64,000 nucleotides of DNA, taken from NCBI GenBank assembly GCA_012295275.1, contig CM022673.1:22196001-22260000 (forward strand). The letters run 5' to 3'. The position numbers and the translations under genes are program-made. Origin of the DNA: Chrysomallon squamiferum. Its lineage: Eukaryota > Animalia > Mollusca. This document shows positions 57,167 through 64,000 of the stretch, piece by piece (the first letter of the stretch is position 1; each line of letters starts with the position of its first letter). Under the pieces are notes generated by a model. It made no database searches and was not told the DNA's origin. It saw only the letters and a list, made by a program, of their open reading frames with translations.

Positions 57167-58376
57167 ATAATAATAATAATAATAATAACTAATAATAACA
57201 GTAATAGTAATAATAATAATAATTATTATTATTATTATTATTGTTGTTATTGTTTTTGTTGTTGTTGCTGATTTGTTGTTTTATAATTATATTTAGTATT
57301 ATTACTACTGTTTTAATAACGATGCTGTTATTTTATTTATTTAGTTAATAATTTACTTCGTAGTTTCTCACTTTCTTTCTCTCTCTGTCTCTATCTCTCT
57401 CTCTCCCTGTTTATCTATCTGTCTATGTGTTTGTCTGCCTGTCTATTTGCTATTCTTGTTTTATTGTGTGTGTGGTGCATATTGAATAATGTAACACACG
57501 TTTTGTGTAACAGCTGTTTCGCGAATCATGTAAACAACACTGTTTTGTTCACGATTACAGACAAATAACACAGTTAACTGCACTATGTACGTCCTACAAC
57601 AGCCCTAAAAGAATAAATATTTACATCTGCATTAATATCAGTTTTAAATAATATTATTTACTGAATTAATATTTTGAAATATATATTACATATGCAGTTT
57701 ATAACACTCCATTACTTTAAACAGAGCAAGAACGTTATAAATATGAAATAAAATATATATATACATTCATATTTATTATTATTTTCAATTATTAAAAATA
57801 TCTATGCATTATTTTATGTATCTATATAAAACAACTTTTCGCACTGCATAATATGAAAAGAAAAGGAAAAGGGATCGTTTATTTTATTTTAAAAACGTAC
57901 GAACGATGAATGTACATAAAAAATATATATATTACTTGTTCCAGTCATCTGTATTCAAACTTGTTTATTTTCCATTCAGATTAGAAAAAATGTCTGAAAC
58001 AATTTATTTTTAAGATTTCAGTATAATGAATTAATTGTTGGCACATTCTTACATGTATATATTTTTTTGTTTATGTATACAATTATATTTCCCGAAAGGA
58101 CAAACGCAAATAAATTATAGTCGCAAAATTATTAATAAAATTATAAATTTACTTATTTATTTAATCCTTCCTTCCTTCCTTCATTCATTCGTTCGTTTCA
58201 GTTAGTAAAATTATCACGTTGTGGATATAATGAAAACACAGTTAACTATTTATCATAGTTACATAACAAAACAGCGTTTCATTGTTGTTGTTGTTTTTAG
58301 TAATTTAGTAAGCAATTATATATTTTTCACGCATTACTGTAAATCAAAAAGAAATAATAATAATAATAAAAAAAAA

Positions 58377-58411
<35 letters not shown>

Positions 58412-59173
58412 TAATAATTAAACAACGTGAAATGTTTAACAAAAAATCTCAAGAAAAAATACCCCAAAAAACCCCAAACACCCACAGTAAAAATAAATAT
58501 AATTGTATTAAACGTGTGCTATAAATAAATAATGTAGAAAATGTAGCGGTGTCCATAAAATAGGATAACTAAATTTTACTCAAAAATAAAATTGGTTCAT
58601 TACATTCTTTTTCATTTTTATTATTATTTTTTTAAACTTTTAGTTTTTCATTAGAATAATGAACATAATTTAAATTAACACATTTAAATGTTATCAGTTT
58701 CAATTCTGGCACAATTTAATGAGTTTTTAATTGTATTAATTTAATTTATGTTGTGTTAATCTTTTATGATTCATGGTAATTACAATTTGTGAAATGTAAT
58801 CACTGTTTTGTTGTTTGGTTTTCATAAAAGCAAAGATATATATATATAATGATATGTTGTAATAATAAAGTAACAGGAACAACAACATAACAACAACAAT
58901 AATAATAGTAGCAGTTGTTGTGCTGTTTTTGTTGTAATAATAAAAGTAGTGAAGATGTAGTAATTGTAATATAAAGTTAAATAAAATAAAATAAAATAAA
59001 ACAAACCACACTTGCAAACAATAATTTTCTTTAAAGTTTAAGTTGAAATTAATTTAATAGATTAGATATTTAATCCTGGTACTCGACACACCCACAGCAC
59101 AAACACGCAAATAATACATATATATACATACATACATACATACACTGTATATATATTGCATATATATATATAT

Positions 59174-59232
<59 letters not shown>

Positions 59233-60086
59233 TGTAACATATTGAATTATATTTCACAACTAATCGCGTGGTACTGTCAATTTAACACCTGTTAATATCG
59301 CCCTGACGTTAACTGTATCTATCGCAGTCTTCGTTCATTAACTGACAGTGAACTGAGTCATTACGTCAGGCAGAATTTATATAAGCCTACGTAATACGTA
59401 TACGTCATTATTTTGAGTTCTGGAAAGATAGTCACATGGCGTCATGCAACTATTTGGAGCAGAGTAAAACTGTGTTATTGCTGTAGATCATTCATATTTA
59501 ATTAATTACATTATTATTATTATTATTAGTAGTAGTAGTAGTAGTAGTAGTAGTGTTTTAATTATTTCGGCTTAATTTATTATCTAACAATTTTCATTCA
59601 ATAATTTAACATTCATGTATTAAACAAAATTTTGGAAAACTGACTCCTTAATACTGAATAATATTATTTCTGCGCAAATTTGATTGCACAGAAACTGGAC
59701 TATTTCACCCCTGTGTCATTACGTAATAACAGGGTTCAAAGTGGAAAACAATACTGAACCAGGATTACCGTTCTTAGTATTAACAACGGCCGATTAACTT
59801 CAGCTGTAGGGATGAAACAGAAGAAAGAAAAAAACGCGAAATCTGGATGTAGTTGCGTGAAATTGGACAGAGGCCTTTCTCGGTACGGTGCGAGACGGAT
59901 GTGTTGTGATGTTGTATAGTGATAAGAGTCGCTACCCACAAAGAACCTCATTTGTCATTCTGCCAATACTTCTAATTGGCGTCAACGAATGATAAGAAAA
60001 CGTGTTGTGCAGCGGTGAGGCTCCCAAGGGACGGATGTTACGATTTGTGCGTGTGATATAATAAAACGTCTGTTGAGTTCTCTCAA

Positions 60087-60143
<57 letters not shown>

Positions 60144-61731
60144 TAAAATTTAAAAAAACAAAAACACCACAACCCATCCCACAACAACAATAACAACTTA
60201 GCGTCTTGCCATCATTTAAATACATTGTTATTTCCATCTGCAGTTTCTATTTGAACACTTAAAAAAATGTATAAATAAATAAATAAATATTAACTGGTCC
60301 TGGTTAATAATAAATCATTAATTAATATACTGGATGCTGGCATGTTCTTTATAATCGTTAAGACGCTAGAGTACATTTATTGTAACATTCATTTTACTGG
60401 GAATAGATTTACATATTATGTTAAAGTTACCATTATTTTCATTGTTCCATTAATAATTTGTCGAAATATATGATCGTATTAATAATTAATAAAAATAATA
60501 AAAAGGTAATATTTTAGTGGTATTTTCTTTATTAAAAATATAATTATAATAAAATATGAAGACACATTATTTCTCTATGAAGTTGTCATAAATATGAAGA
60601 TTATGATTTCTCACCTAAACATTCACATATACACACATACTCAGTATATTATAGGGGAAAGTAGTGAAAAAACACATACAACTTATGTAATATTTACGTA
60701 AAATCACTTAATATTATTTTGGCAAAATAATACATATGAACTTATGAACTTTGTATATATGTTTGCGCATGCGTCTAGTGATTCTTTAAACAAGAACAAA
60801 AATTCTCACGTTAAGTTTATTTGATTGTCCTCTTTGTCATTCGTAACAAACCGCAAACGACCTGATCCTTTAAAACTCAGTCAATGTTTTCTGATTTTTT
60901 AAAACGTTCGACTACGTTACAGTAGGGAGAACAATGACAGATTTACGGAAAGGCGACAATTCAAATGTCGCTGTTTTAACATTTTTTTTTTCTTCTTAAA
61001 GTGGCTTAAAGTTGTGTGTGATAATTAAAACTGTTCTGAAGCTAATAAAAGATGCGTCTTTAAGAAGAATTGAATCTTTAGTAGCTTCATAAGACGTGAC
61101 TGTAACGATACAAAAACACATCAAAATTTCAAGCAATCGTCAACGACAATTTGAAATCAGTTGTGTTTCAAGCCTGCGGACGTCTTAGTCCATTCTACAT
61201 TTGTTCTCACTGGCTCTCGCTTCCACGTCCAGATGTAACAGTTATAAGTTTGTGAAAAGCTGAAAGTGTCAAGCCCTGTGAATGTGAGTAAAATGTGTAA
61301 TTACAAAATCTATTGTCTCCAGTCTCATCAATCACGCGAACTGGTCGAATAACAATGCCAGTCGCTATGGGACATCCGGGTAATCATTCTCGAACATTGA
61401 CAAATAATAAGCCGTCCTCGACTTAAAAGCGCGTAACCCAGGCAAAGAAGCCAGTCACGCATGAAAGCTTTATGAGCATGCGCATTAACCAGCAGTGGGG
61501 TGGTCCTTATTAAAAAAAAAAAAAAAAAAAAAAACTTTTGAAAGTCGTAAATCAGAAGTAATTAAAAGTCGCTGAATAAAGATGAGAAAGAGAGAGCAAG
61601 TGTGGATAGTACTGATGGATGAGGTTCCTAATACGGTGGAATTGTCAAATAAATAAATAAATAAATAAATCAACAGCAAGAACAATAGTAATAATAATTA
61701 TAATTATCATATTCATCAAAAACAAAAATTT

Positions 61732-61836
<105 letters not shown>

Positions 61837-62730
61837 AATTTTGATATAAAATATCGAAACGATTCCATTTATCTATTGCAAAGTTCTCTACGTCGCTGAT
61901 ACATTTTTTAAGAGGATGATAAAAAGCACGTGGACAACAACGCTTGTTTGACAGGACAAACCCGGGCTGTGTTTGCAAAGTACAAACAAACCTCGCGTTG
62001 TGCTTTTCTTCTATAACTTATGTACATTTCTAACCTGATCCCTGCCAGCCCAGACCTTGGCGAGGGAGTAGATACTGAATTAACGACACAACCTGACGTC
62101 ACACACAGAGACCGCCCTGACACACGTGAAAAGGAGTCGAGTGTGAAGAGCATATAAAATAAAATAATTAAAAAGTAAAACTAATATTAGCCTACAATTA
62201 ATACACACACACACACACGCACACACACACACACACACACATATATATACACACATATACATATACATATATACATATAGATATATTTGTTTTTCTCTAT
62301 ATGTTTCTGTAAATGTACTTATGAATATATGTGTGAGTATGATGATGATAATGATATATGTATTCACTTCATTTGTTTAGAATTTAGTTTATTTATTTAC
62401 TGTTTTTGGTTATGACAGTGGAATCCATTTGTAAAAATAAGAAAATAATTTCTCTCTTCTGAACAGAAATATTTTTATTATTGGTTCTGCAGTTAATTGA
62501 GTTGTTTTAAATTAAAAAATGAAATAATGAATAAATAAAATTTAAAAATAACTACAAATAAATAAATATATTAATTAATCAATTCATTTTTGTGAATAAG
62601 TTTATTATAAACTATATTAATTTAATATTTTTAGAAATGTTATCGATTCTGTTTAAAAGTCAATGCTTTCAACATGGTTTAATAGAATATTTCGATATAT
62701 AGTTTTTATATATTCATAAAACACAATAAC

Positions 62731-62853
<123 letters not shown>

Positions 62854-63129
62854 AAACGACTAACAAACAATTAACAACAATTTCTACATTACTTTTCCCA
62901 TTTTAGTATTTTGTATGATAGAGAAACACATATGAACATAATAAAAACTTCCACAAGAACAGACAGCGAGAGAGAGAGGGAGAGGGATATATATATATAT
63001 TAATCAAAATGGTTGTACAAAGACAAATTTTAATGATTAATGCAATCTTATTTCATACGTTAAAAAATATTTCTTATAAAATTCCTTTTTAAGATAGGAT
63101 TAGAGTTTTAATTTCTATACACACACATT

Positions 63130-63161
<32 letters not shown>

Positions 63162-64000
63162 CACATATACACACATACACACACACACACACATATACAC
63201 ACGCAAACACACACACACACACACACACATATATAGACTTACATACACACACACATATATAAATATATATTTGAAACCGTGTAATTATCTGAAATAAGAC
63301 TTTTGAAAAATTTGATCTGTTAAGAATTAACAAAGAAAATAATATATTTTAAAAGTAATTATTATTCTTGATAAACATGATAATAAAAAACCCACAACAA
63401 AAGCCACAATACTATAATAAAAGCAGTAACAGCGAAAAAGCAGCAGCAGCAGCAGCAGCAACAACAACAACAACAGCAATAATAATAACATTAATGAAAA
63501 AAGAACAAGAATGATTATGTGTAAAAAGTATAAACAAAGGCATGTAAAAAGAGGCATCCAATCAGATAAAAAGAAAAAAAAACCACTCAGTTCAAAAATA
63601 ATTAAAAATAAAAACAGACTTCTGAATATTAAGAGTGTTATTCTGTGAAGGGATTTATATGTATAAATACGAGTGAAAATAAACCTAATAATAACAACAA
63701 CAACAACAACAATAGTAATAATAACAATAATAATTTTAAAAAAAAGAAGGTTTTTACATACTAAGTTTATGTTGAATAATATTTTTATTGGAATAAAATT
63801 TAAATAAAATCTTTGATTCTTCATTGTGTTATGTTATAGATTTATGATATATATATATATATATATATGCATGTGTGTGTATCTTATTCTTTCAGTGTGT
63901 GGATGCATGAGTGTATGTGTATGTGTGAGTGTGTAAGTATGTATGTGTATGTATGTATATCAGACAAACAAGATATACCCTTTAATCATAACCTGAAAGA

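Overview
This is a very AT-rich, microsatellite-dense stretch of eukaryotic genomic DNA, probably from an invertebrate animal (a lophotrochozoan/mollusc-like origin is a guess). Almost all ORF-track entries are simple-repeat artefacts. One protein-coding gene can be reconstructed by hand: a + strand Polycomb PRC1 RING-finger gene of the BMI1/PCGF2-4/Psc group. It has 9 GT-AG coding exons from 33066 to 44813 (1845 nt, 614 aa): RING finger, RAWUL domain, then a 388-aa Lys-rich low-complexity last exon. That tail carries several candidate short linear motifs (AAEILLQLS, 4x FKKP, SVFDF, FKLP, PLNLS, 11 NG dipeptides, terminal VNG) and is the most interesting signal here, though all functional readings are inference. 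Also present: a degenerate tRNA-Phe copy, decayed L1/Tx1-like and possibly L2/CR1-like LINE fragments, three minisatellites (27, 32 and 45 bp), several short dispersed duplications, and CpG-retaining promoter/enhancer-like patches. No CRISPR, rRNA or intact mobile element is seen, and I cannot demonstrate a wholly new biological system from sequence alone.
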